A stretch of DNA of 64,000 nt. Source: Macrostomum hystrix. Lineage: Eukaryota > Animalia > Platyhelminthes. The stretch lies in NCBI GenBank assembly GCA_950097015.1, contig CATNEN010000034.1, forward strand, positions 4,278,001 to 4,342,000. The letters run 5' to 3'. A program made the translations under genes and the position numbers. The notes below the pieces were generated by a model. It searched no databases. It saw only the letters and a program-made list of their open reading frames with translations, and was not told where the DNA came from. Positions 1 through 23,800 of the stretch are shown in pieces (within the stretch, counting starts at the first letter, position 1; each line of letters begins with the position of its first letter).

Positions 1-7
1 GGTTATT

Positions 8-100
8 ATGGCCTCGCCGCGGAATCGAGCTCAGGGACCTTGGTGCGAGAGGCATGGAAACACGTTGGCATGCAAACACGTTAAACCACTCTGCCGCAGC
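8..100 (-). mobile_element. SINE family 1, tRNA-like head (body runs off window start)
   Basis: Reverse complement has A-box GGCAGAGTGGTT and B-box-like GAGCTCGATTCC; matches other family-1 copies. Confidence 0.75.
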
Positions 101-1189
101 CAGTTCATGGACTGTGGATCAAGGGCCATCACGCCCACCCGAATCCTTATCCCATGCAGTTGTTGCTTGCGCCAATTTTACAGCATGAGAAAACTCAAGC
201 AATGGGAAAATTGGCAAAATATGTTTTCCTTGGTTGGGATTACCATTTTGGGATTCGAAGATTTAGATTCCTACCACTGGGCCTACAGGCTACCAGCCTA
301 CTTCAACAGTAACCAATTAATCTTTAGTTTCCAATGTCTTGGATTTCTTAAAAATGATTTCCCTTTCTCTCACCCTGAAGCAATCAGCCTGAAGAAATTG
401 CCTCCGAAGAGGGTCTCTTAAGCCTTTGAGATTTGCTTGGAAGATGTAGGGAAACGAAAAAGTTTGAGATGTAAATAAAATTGTGCTTTAGCCGTTCTGT
501 GATGATTCGTGTCGTCTGTGTCCGAGCGAGGGAGGAAGATTAGAGCAGCAAATTCTTTGATATAGCTCCCCTAAATCCACTAATCCCACTGCTTTGCCCA
601 CCCCAGCCTCTTTTTTACTCAAGCTCTTTTCTGTTCTCATCACGCAGCAGTATATAGTAGCTGGGCTGCCGACTTCCGCACTGAGCTCTCAGTTGCCAAA
701 CAGGCATTATTACCTTTGTGCTCTCTCCCTCTTAAACATTTGTAAACTCCCCTCACTTCCCGCAGGAAACACAAGCAGGCAGCTCCCGTTGTGTAATTGG
801 TCGTGCTTCGATCACTTTTTTTCGCTGTATTTCACCATCGCTTCGCTGCATTTTGCCCATTTCTATCCCGTCCTCCTCCCCCCACTCTCTCTCCGCGCCT
901 GTGTCCCGTGCTCAGTAGTGGGGCCAGGCCCGACCAGCCAGTCCGCTCGCGTTCGCAATGCCACAACCCCCTGCCCAGCAACCCCCAACGCACACAAGGA
1001 AGGGACGGAGGAACAAAATAGGCACCCACATGCCTACAGCGGGCGGCCCTTTCAGTGTCCCCTCTCTGCGGAGCTACAACGCAGACTCGCTGCGGATATA
1101 CTGACGGAATAACCTAGGCGATCGACTCAGTCATTGACAAAGACATTCTGGATTGCAGGCTGACAAGCTAGAGACAGAGCAAAGTGAGC

Positions 1190-14071
<12,882 letters not shown>

Positions 14072-14081
<10 letters not shown>

Positions 14082-14175
14082 TTGATAGATTGATTGGTTG
14101 ATGAATTCACTGACTGATAGATTGATTGATGGATGGATAGATTGATTGATGGGTGGATGGATTGATGGATTGATG
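14072..14175. repeat. (GATT/GATG)n microsatellite at the KLHL8 stop codon
   Basis: Visible periodicity. Confidence 0.9.
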
Positions 14176-15649
14176 TATTTCTCTGTTTACCCTAGTGTTC
14201 AAATGCAGAAAAGATCTTATTGACTAATGTATTATAACAAACTAAATTATTTCATCAGATTTTTTTAGTACATTCAATTACTTTGCTTAGCACACTACTT
14301 TCAATAGCGAAATGCGAAAATTTCGTGACTTTTAGGTTTTTGTTCACGGCGGCATTTCTCGTCAACATTTTTCTCAATTATTCGATTTTTCATTTTTCAT
14401 AGAAGTTGCTTAGCTGTGCAATTTTTATTAATGTTGAACTCTAAAATGTAAAAATAAATATCTGAAAATTGTTCTACTAAATTTAAATTCAATAAGCCGA
14501 CACCTTTCTATAATTAGATGTTTTTCACCTGTCGTGGGCACAACTCACTACCCAGGTATTTGACCTTGCTCAAATAATGCAGCTCTGATGGTGCCGCACA
14601 GTTCTCTCACCTGTTTCCTGGCATTTCTTGCATGGAACTGCTGTCACACACTAGTTATAGTCCCGTTTCCTGCTGCTTTCTGCAACTCTGCAACTCGGGG
14701 TCAGGGCCTCAACATCTCAAAGACCTCTGCGGAAACTCGAAAGAGAGCTTTGGATAGAGGGGAGCATTGTGAGGGGATAAAACAGGGGCAGGTGCCGAAG
14801 GGATGGATACACCAGTCTCCAATTTTGCTCCTGTGGGTCACGCAACTTGAAAACTTTCTCACAATCGGTTTGATACAGCTGGCTGTATTGAAAATATTCA
14901 GCTTTTGTCTTTAAAATCTGATTTCCCTAATACGATAAATTATAACAAATCTCAGTCGACAAAAATAATTATTGTGGGTAAGAATTGCTTCGATCTTTTT
15001 CAAATTTCGATTGCTTTGAAAATTGGAAACATGAGTGAAATATTGTTTTCCTTCTGTCACATGCTCGGTTGACAGCGTGTGTGGCTACGAAGACTGGGTG
15101 TTAACTGTCTGGAAAGAGAGATAAGAAATCGTTTCCCTGACCAGCCAGGGATTATCTGCCAGATCAGAGCGCGACAATGTTCCCAAACGACTCAAACGTT
15201 CTCAACAGGCGAAGGGTGGAGAGGAACATTGTCAAAAAGGGGATTTCTAGCGACAGGAGCGGCTATCTGCTGTGTTAATCTGGGCGCGGATATAAAGCGT
15301 TGAAGGTCTATATCCTTCCTTATAGAGGAACTGATCGCCCCCGGAAAGCCGCAATCCTGACTCGCTGAGCACAGATGGCCGGACTAGCCTCGCCGTGACA
15401 GTCGCCGCAGCCCCCTAGAGCCATTACAAACAAAAACAATGATTTTGCGCTGAGAGAAATGTACTTCATCCAGCCTAGTTGACTTGTCCTCAAGGCCTAC
15501 TCTTTGAAGGCGCAGAGTCATTAATTTGCCGAGCTTGCTGCAGTACCCTTTCATTTCAATGTGCCCACAGTCGTATCTGATTGCAGGAGAAGCACCCTTA
15601 TGAGCATTTTACTTGCGATCATTGCAAGATCTAGAATCGAAGGAGAAAT

Positions 15650-16246
15650 CCTGCATAAAATCGCAGCAGGAGCCTTATCTAGAATCGCAGCAGGAGCCTT
15701 ATCTAGAATCGCAGCAGGAGCCTTATCTAGAATCGCAGCAGGAGCCTTATCTAGAATCGCAACAGTAGCCTTATCTAGAATCGTAGCAGGAACTTTATCT
15801 AGAATCGTAGCAGGAGCCTTATCTAGAATCGAAGTAGGAACTTTATCTAGAATCGTAGCAGTAGCCTTATCTAGAATCGTAGCAGGATATATATCTAGAA
15901 TCGCAGCAGGATATATATCTAGAATCGCAGCAGGATATATATCTAGAATCGTAGCAGGATATATATCTAGAATCGCAGCAGGATATATATCTAGAATCGC
16001 AGCAGGATATATATCTAGAATCGCAGCAGGATATATATCTAGAATAGCAGCAGGATATATATCTAGAATCGTAGCAGGATATATATCTAGAATCGCAGCA
16101 GGATATATATCTAGAATAGCAGCAAGAACTGTCCCTAGAATCGCAGCAGGAACTGTCCCTAGAATCGCAGCAGGAACTGTCCCTAGAATCGCAGCAGGAA
16201 CTGTCCCTAGAATCGCAGCAGGAACTGTCCCTAGAATCGCAGCAGG
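15650..16246. repeat. 24-bp minisatellite (AGAATCGCAGCAGGAnnnnTATCT)n
   Basis: Visible periodicity; related to the 12/24/48-mers at 31-39 kb. Confidence 0.95.
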
Positions 16247-16939
16247 CGATGTATAATTCTGAAAACATACAGTGTTTATGCATTTGTGATTACAAGTTTC
16301 CTGTCTGTCACCTCAATGCAGCCTAATTAAGCTTAATATATTTGTGTTCATTTGCAAACAAGCTATGAAACAAAAAGTCACACAAAATGTTTTTCCAAGA
16401 CTTTCGCTTCTACTAGAAATGCTGGCCAAACCGGACTTGCCAGGGTCCCCTGACAACAGGCAGTTTCACTAATTACGAGCCCAATTTTCTTGTCTCCTGA
16501 CAACTGATGGCAAGGGCTTCATTAAGCTTTGCAGACTTTTGATTATAAAGTTATAACATCAGATTTGAGTATCCTCCATCCAATTTAAACTAGGATTAAA
16601 GCTAGTTAGAGGATCTTTAGTCCGGCACACATAGATCTGTACCGCTCGCATGTCGTCTAATTAAACCAACCACGCTTGTTAGCAAATTAATTTCAATATC
16701 TGATAAAGACTTTAAAGTTTTATCAAGCTGGCGGCATACAACAGTGACGCAAAAACTTCTATTTTTAGATGCTTTATCGTTAGTTTGTATAATTTACAAT
16801 TACAAAAGCTACAATGAGAAGCAGCAAAAACAATTCACTGTCTTCGCTCACTGTCAGATATGATAAGCGGGAGACACAAAATCGATGCACACTTTTATGG
16901 GTAGAGTGGAGAATCGCTTCGAGGGGTGACAATAGTTTG

Positions 16940-17125
16940 GATGACGCAAAACGATTGACTTTGACCTTCGAAATTCTATTGGCTACAGTCAGTCACGTGA
17001 CTGGGGCTGGGGTGGGTTAAATGTGGGGTTCGCCAGCCAAACGGACATCACATGACTAGACAGAGCCAATCGGGCCGGGTGATTCCCAAGGCCATCCTAA
17101 ACTTGTTCTAAATATAGGAACGGCG
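16940..17125. promoter_or_regulatory. Promoter-like motif cluster: palindromic AGTCACGTGACT (16991-17002), oppositely oriented CCAAT boxes, G-run cluster
   Basis: Motif content only; no expression data. Confidence 0.35.
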
Positions 17126-17867
17126 CGAAAGCTCCTTCAGTCAATTAAATTATACAAAAAAGACACTGTCAAACACCCGAACCTTATCTTGGATTCTAAA
17201 GAATGTTTATGTTTAAAAAAATTGCAACAAACAAACAATCACAAAACTAATAAGGAGCCCTCATGTGAGTTTACGCTCGTAAGAGGATGCAATAGCCAAA
17301 AATAAGATGCGAAACAGCAAAAAACTCAATTAGCTCGTGCTTGGATTATAGACAAATTTATATATTGCGCGAAAAATAAATTCGGAAATTTACTCTCCTT
17401 TGAAGTGCAAAGTAGAGCAAACAAACAAATCTTTGAGATTTTGTATTGTTAGATTGTCACCACACAAAAGCCAACGCATGGATAGTTTACGAGTGATGCA
17501 TTTTTATTAGCAAAACAACTGTGACGACTTTAAAAACATGCCTTTGCGATTTTGAATAGAAGGAAAAAATCTGGGTCCATCGATTCGCTTAAATTAATTT
17601 TTCACTGCCGAGACACAAAATATCTGAAATCTAAAGCATTTGTGCACAAACAAGTTCAATGGTCTATTTTGTTTTAACTTTACGAATTACGAAGTACACA
17701 GTTAAAAAATAACAAAAAATGAGTGCTTATCTCCGAGATTGTTCCGATGGTAGAACTTAAATCGGACACGTTTAGTTCATATCTAATCGATATCCAATCG
17801 ATATCTAGTCGTTCAAAAGTAATCAAAATTCCAATCAATGCTCTTCTGATCGAGTTTCAGTCTTAAT

Positions 17868-20800
17868 TTAGTCGCCACGGCAGCACAAGTTGGTAATTGA
17901 ACGGCGAATGTAGCTGCGGAATGTGATATTGTAGTACCAGTACAGCACAGGTGAGGCCACGCTGTGCATGTACATGAGCAGCTGGCAGAACGGCAGGATG
18001 TCGTTAATGAAAGCGGCCTCGGCTGGCTCCTCTGGTCTTGCGGAAGCCAGCTGAACCTGCTGCTTCGGGAGGAAGTCAAGCGTCAGCACGGCCACGTGCT
18101 TCGGCAAGGTGCAGACAACGAAGCTGATGACCAGCGCTGCCACGGTAGTGATGGCGCGCTTCTGCATCCGCATGGCGTGCTGGCTGGGAGCTCCGCTGAC
18201 GCTGCTGCCGCCAGCGCCACCAGCGCCGCTACCGCCGCTGCCGCGGACCGGACGATGCGAGTGCAGGCAGCTGTAGCGGTGCTGCTGGAGCTGCTGCTGC
18301 TGGTGACTGCTGATGATGCTTTTGTTATTGTTCTGCGACAGCTCCCGATGCTGCTGCTGCTGCTGCTGCTGCTGCGTTGGCTGCAGAGCAATCGACACGC
18401 CAGCCGCTTCAGATTCACGACGACCGGCGACGCTGCCACGCGAGGCGATGACCATGGCGATGTGGCAGTAGCAGCAGGCGATGAACACCGCCGGGATGAC
18501 CGAGTGCACCAGCGGCGTCACCAGGTGGAATGCGTAGCGCTGAGCGGCGCTCAGTTCGTCCTCGTGGCAGTAGTAGAAGACCGCCGTGACACTGCCGTTG
18601 AAGCTCCTAGGATCTGGCAGGATCATGTGCATCTGCGTCACGGTGTAGATGAATGGCACCGGGCTGCACAGGGCCGCAGAGGCCAGCCAGATGCAGACAA
18701 CCCAGGCCAGCAGGCAGCGGTCGGACAACTCGCGACCTCCGCGCGCCTGGGTCAGGCTCTGGCGCAGTCGGATGGCTGCCATGGAGATCAGCGTCAGCGA
18801 GTTGATGGTCATGACGTAGGCTGCGGGGTTGGGGGGCCGGTGGCAGTGCGGGTAACGCGTTTGCCTCTAGCGCCAAATTCAGACCCCGCGGCGAGGCTAA
18901 GAAGGCTTGGGGCTTGTCGTGCAATTAACGCCCTTAGAGTGTTAAGAGTGAGAGTGTACATTGCCTGACGATGAGAAAGTCAGGGCAGATGTACACACCT
19001 GTGTACGGTATCTGTGTGCGTGTGTGCTCAGGAGTCAGCGAAATGGGTAGAATTGCCTCCTTGCTGCCTGCGAGTCTAGTGTCACCAAATGATGTGCCAT
19101 TGCCCCAAGACGTTGGCCCTCAAGGGCGTAAATTGCACGACAAGCCCCCAAGCCTTCTCTCCGCGGCTGCGCCCCAAATGATTGTGGCCTCGCCGCGGAA
19201 TCGAGCTCAGGGACATTCTACCGCTCTGCCACTCAAACCACGGAAGCTCTGAGGATTGCCAAGGCTAGAATGTCGGTGTGCAGTATCACTTAAGGCTGAC
19301 AAATGCTGACAGCCCCATTGCCAAGCAGCTTTCCAGTTGGCTGTTGTCTCCCTAAGCCTGTCGGTTCTATTCATTGGCATGCTTCTTCCTTAAGGCAGGA
19401 CATATGGGACTAGCATATGATTATAAGCTTATGCCTTCCGCCTAGGCCATCTGGCTAAGCGGCAGCAGCAGCGGGTTTGGGAATCGATGTGCTCGGGGTG
19501 CATCGCTGCTCATGCATGCTCAGCCGCTTGAATACATGTGAAGCAAATATCACCTGGCCGAGTGTCAGTCTTTCTTCAGTAGTTCTCTTGCGGACTTAGA
19601 CAACTTTTACGCAATTCTTCGAGACTTAGAATGTCATATGTGGATTTAGGAGATAAGCAGTGTGTCACCTACCACCTGTTTGGGATTTAACATTAAATTT
19701 GATCTGTGTATGAGCTGTCTGTCAATGAGCTCTCTGTCTCTGAGATGAGTCTGTCTATGAGCTTTGTCTGTCTATGAGCTTTGTCTGTCTATGAGCTGTG
19801 TCTGTCTATGAGCTTTGTCTGTCTATGAGCTGTCTCTGTCTATGAGCTGTGTCTGTCTATGAGCTGTCTCTGTCTATGAGCTGTGTCTGTCTATGAGCTG
19901 TGTCTGTCTATGAGCTGTGTCTGTCTATGAGCTGTGTCTGTCTATGAGCTGTGTCTGTCTATGAGCTGTGTCTGTCTATGAGCTGTGTCTGTCTATGAGC
20001 TGTGTCTGTCTATGAGCTGTGTCTGTCTATGAGCTGTGTCTGTCTCTGAGCTGTGTCTGTCTATGAGCTGTGTCTGTCTATGAGCTGTGTCTGTCTATGA
20101 GCTGTGTCTGTCTATGAGCTGTGTCTGTCTATGAGCTGTGTCTGTCTATGAGCTGTGTCTGTCTATGAGCTGTGTCTGTCTATGAGCTGTGTCTGTCTAT
20201 GAGCTGTGTCTGTCTATGAGCTGTGTCTGTCTATGAGCTGTGTCTGTCTATGAGCTGTGTCTGTCTATGAGCTGTGTCTGTCTATGAGCTGTGTCTGTCT
20301 ATGAGCTGTGTCTGTCTATGAGCTGTGTCTGTCTATGAGCTGTGTCTGTCTATGAGCTGTGTCTGTCTCTGAGCTGTGTCTGTCTATGAGCTGTGTCTGT
20401 CTATGAGCTGTGTCTGTCTATGAGCTGTGTCTGTCTCTGAGCTGTGTCTGTCTATGAGCTGTGTCTGTCTATGAGCTGTGTCTGTCTATGAGCTGTGTCT
20501 GTCTATGAGCTGTGTCTGTCTATGAGCTGTGTCTGTCTATGAGCTTTGTCTGTCTATGAGCTGTCTCTGTCTATGAGCTGTGTCTGTCTCTGAGCTGTGT
20601 CTGTCTATGAGCTGTGTCTGTCTATGAGCTGTGTCTGTCTATGAGCTGTGACTATCTATGAGCTGTGTCTGTCTATGAGCTGTGTCTGTCTATGAGCTGT
20701 GACTATCTATGAGCTGTGTCTGTCTATGAGCTGTGTCTGTCTATGAGCTGTGTCTGTCTATGAGCTGTGACTATCTATGAGCTGTGTCTGTCTATGAGCT

Positions 20801-23800
20801 GTGTCTGTCTATGAGCTGTGACTATCTATGAGCTGTGTCTGTCTATGAGCTGTGTCTGTCTATGAGCTGTGTCTGTCTATGAGCTGTGTCTGTCTATGAG
20901 CTGTGTCTGTCTATGAGCTGTGTCTGTCTATGAGCTGTGTCTGTCTATGAGCTGTGTCTGTCTCTGAGCTGTGTCTGTCTATGAGCTGTGTCTGTCTATG
21001 AGCTGTGTCTGTCTATGAGCTGTGTCTGTCTCTGAGCTGTGTCTGTCTATGAGCTGTGTCTGTCTATGAGCTGTGTCTGTCTATGAGCTGTGTCTGTCTA
21101 TGAGCTGTGTCTGTCTATGAGCTGTGTCTGTCTATGAGCTGTGTCTGTCTATGAGCTGTGTCTGTCTATGAGCTGTGTCTGTCTATGAGCTGTGTCTGTC
21201 TATGAGCTGTGTCTGTCTCTGAGCTGTGTCTGTCTATGAGCTGTGTCTGTCTATGAGCTGTGTCTGTCTATGAGCTGTGTCTGTCTCTGAGCTGTGTCTG
21301 TCTATGAGCTGTCTCTGTCTATGAGCTGTGTCTGTCTATGAGTTGTGTCTGTCTATGAGCTGTGTCTGTCTATGAGCTGAGTCTGTCTATGAGCTGTGTC
21401 TGTCTATGAGCTGTGTCTGTCTATGAGCTGTGTCTGTCTATGAGCTTTGTCTGTCTATGAGCTGTCTCTGTCTATGAGCTGTGTCTGTCTATGAGCTGTC
21501 TCTGTCTATGAGCTGTGTCTGTCTATGAGCTGTGTCTGTCTATGAGCTGTGTCTGTCTATGAGCTGAGTCTGTCTATGAGCTGTGTCTGTCTATGAGCTG
21601 TGTCTGTCTATGAGCTGTGTCTGTCTATGAGCTGTGTCTGTCTATGAGCTGTGTCTGTCTCTGAGCTGTGTCTGTCTATGAGCTGTGTCTGTCTATGAGC
21701 TGTGTCTGTCTATGAGCTGTGTCTGTCTATGAGCTGTGTCTGTCTATGAGCTGTCTCTGTCTATGAGCTGTGTCTGTCTATGAGCTGTGTCTGTCTATGA
21801 GCTGTGTCTGTCTATGAGCTGTGTCTGTCTATGAGCTGTGTCTGTCTATGAGCTGTGTCTGTCTATGAGCTGTGTCTGTCTATGAGCTGTGTCTGTCTAT
21901 GAGCTGTGTCTGTCTCTGAGCTGTGTCTGTCTATGAGCTGTGTCTGTCTATGAGCTGTGTCTGTCTGCCATAGCAGTTTCAGTAATTGTACCAAGATTCG
22001 AGTAAGCACATTTACATATCTATAGAAAACTGAATATCTTCAGTCTAGTTTGGCCTCTAAAGTGCTTCCTACGCGTATTTCCGTTGGTCGGACAGACGAA
22101 ACAAACAGGAATTGCATTACTGACCGGTCAGAGCAAAGACTTGGGCCCCAAATTTGCATCGCAGTTTGATGCAAACTTTGCTCTAACTAAATTAGCCCGC
22201 AACACCGGCTTTCAAGTACGGAACTATTTCCCCTTTTTTCCGCAAAGAAACAAAGAATTTGAGGGATTTTCGGAGGATTTTCCGAAGCGGTTGCAGTCTG
22301 TCCCTAATTGAAATGGGATTTTTCATCTGAGAATTCTAGTGATTGACGCTAGTTATATTATTTCAGTACAAGCGAATTGCACTCTTTGATTCCAGTAAGG
22401 TCAGAAAAATATTTTCAACAAGTCTTTAGAAAAGCACGCTTTTACGTGGCCATAACGGCCTCTGTAAATATAACTATGCGAGCTAAAGTAATACTCTTAA
22501 GAAATTCGTAAAACGAACGAAAACTCGATAATTATCTCGCGTTAGAATCGTTACCCCTTCAACCCTGTGATTTGTAAATCTGTCAATCATTCTCGGAGAA
22601 TAAACTGGCAACCTTAAAAATTCTGACTTATTATTCTATTGATTATTTTCGAAGTTGAAACAGGTGTCCCTTCACACCTAGTAGGAACAGGTAACCCTTC
22701 TCACCTAGTGGGAACAGGTAACCCTTCTCACCTAGTGGGAACAGGTAACCCTTCTCACCTAGTGGGAACAGGTAACCCTTCTCACCTAGTGGGAACAGGT
22801 AACCCTTCTCACCTAGTGGGAACAGGTAACCCTTCTCACCTAGTGGGAACAGGTAACCCTTCTCACCTAGTGGGAACAGGTAACCCTTCTCACCTAGTGG
22901 GAACAGGTAACCCTTCTCACCCAGTGGGAACAGGTAACCCTTCTCACCTAGTGGGAACAGGTAACCCTTCTCACCTAGTGGGAACAGGTAACCCTTCTCA
23001 CCTAGTGGGAACAGGTAACCCTTCTCACCTAGTGGGAACAGGTAACCCTTCATACCTTTAGTAGGAATAGGTAACCCTTCATACCTTTAGTAGGAATAGG
23101 TAGCCCTTCATACCTTTAGTAGGAATAGGTAACCCTTCATACCTATAGTAGGAACAGGTAACCCTTCATACTTAGTAGGAACAGGTGTCCCTTCACACCT
23201 AGTAGGAACAGGTGTCCCTTCACACCTAGTGGGAACAGGTAACCCTTCTCACCTAGTGGGAACAGGTAACCCTTCATACCTTTAGTAGGAATAGGTAACC
23301 CTTCATACCTATAGTAGGAACAGGTAACCCTTCATACTTAGTAGGAACAGGTGTCCCTTCACACCTAGTAGGAACAGGTGTCCCTTCACACCTAGTGGGA
23401 ACAGGTAACCCTTCTCACCTAGTGGGAACAGGTAGCCCTTCATACCTTTAGTAGGAATAGGTAACCCTTCATACCTATAGTAGGAACAGGTAACCCTTCA
23501 TACTTAGTAGGAACAGGTGTCCCTTCACACCTAGTAGGAACAGGTGTCCCTTCACACCTAGTGGGAACAGGTAACCCTTCTCACCTAGTGGGAACAGGTA
23601 ACCCTTCATACCTTTAGTAGGAATAGGTAACCCTTCATACCTATAGTAGCAACAGGTAACCCTTCATACTTAGTAGGAACAGGTAACCCTTCATACTTAG
23701 TTGGAACAGGTAACCCTTCAAGCCTGTGATGACAATCTCACCATCAACGCTGAACAGAATCTTGCAGCCGGGCACGCCTAGAAGCCAATACTTGAGCAGG

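Noticed and set aside
17964-18968. 334-aa + strand ORF
   Set aside because: Antisense shadow of the GC-rich GPCR exon running into a SINE.
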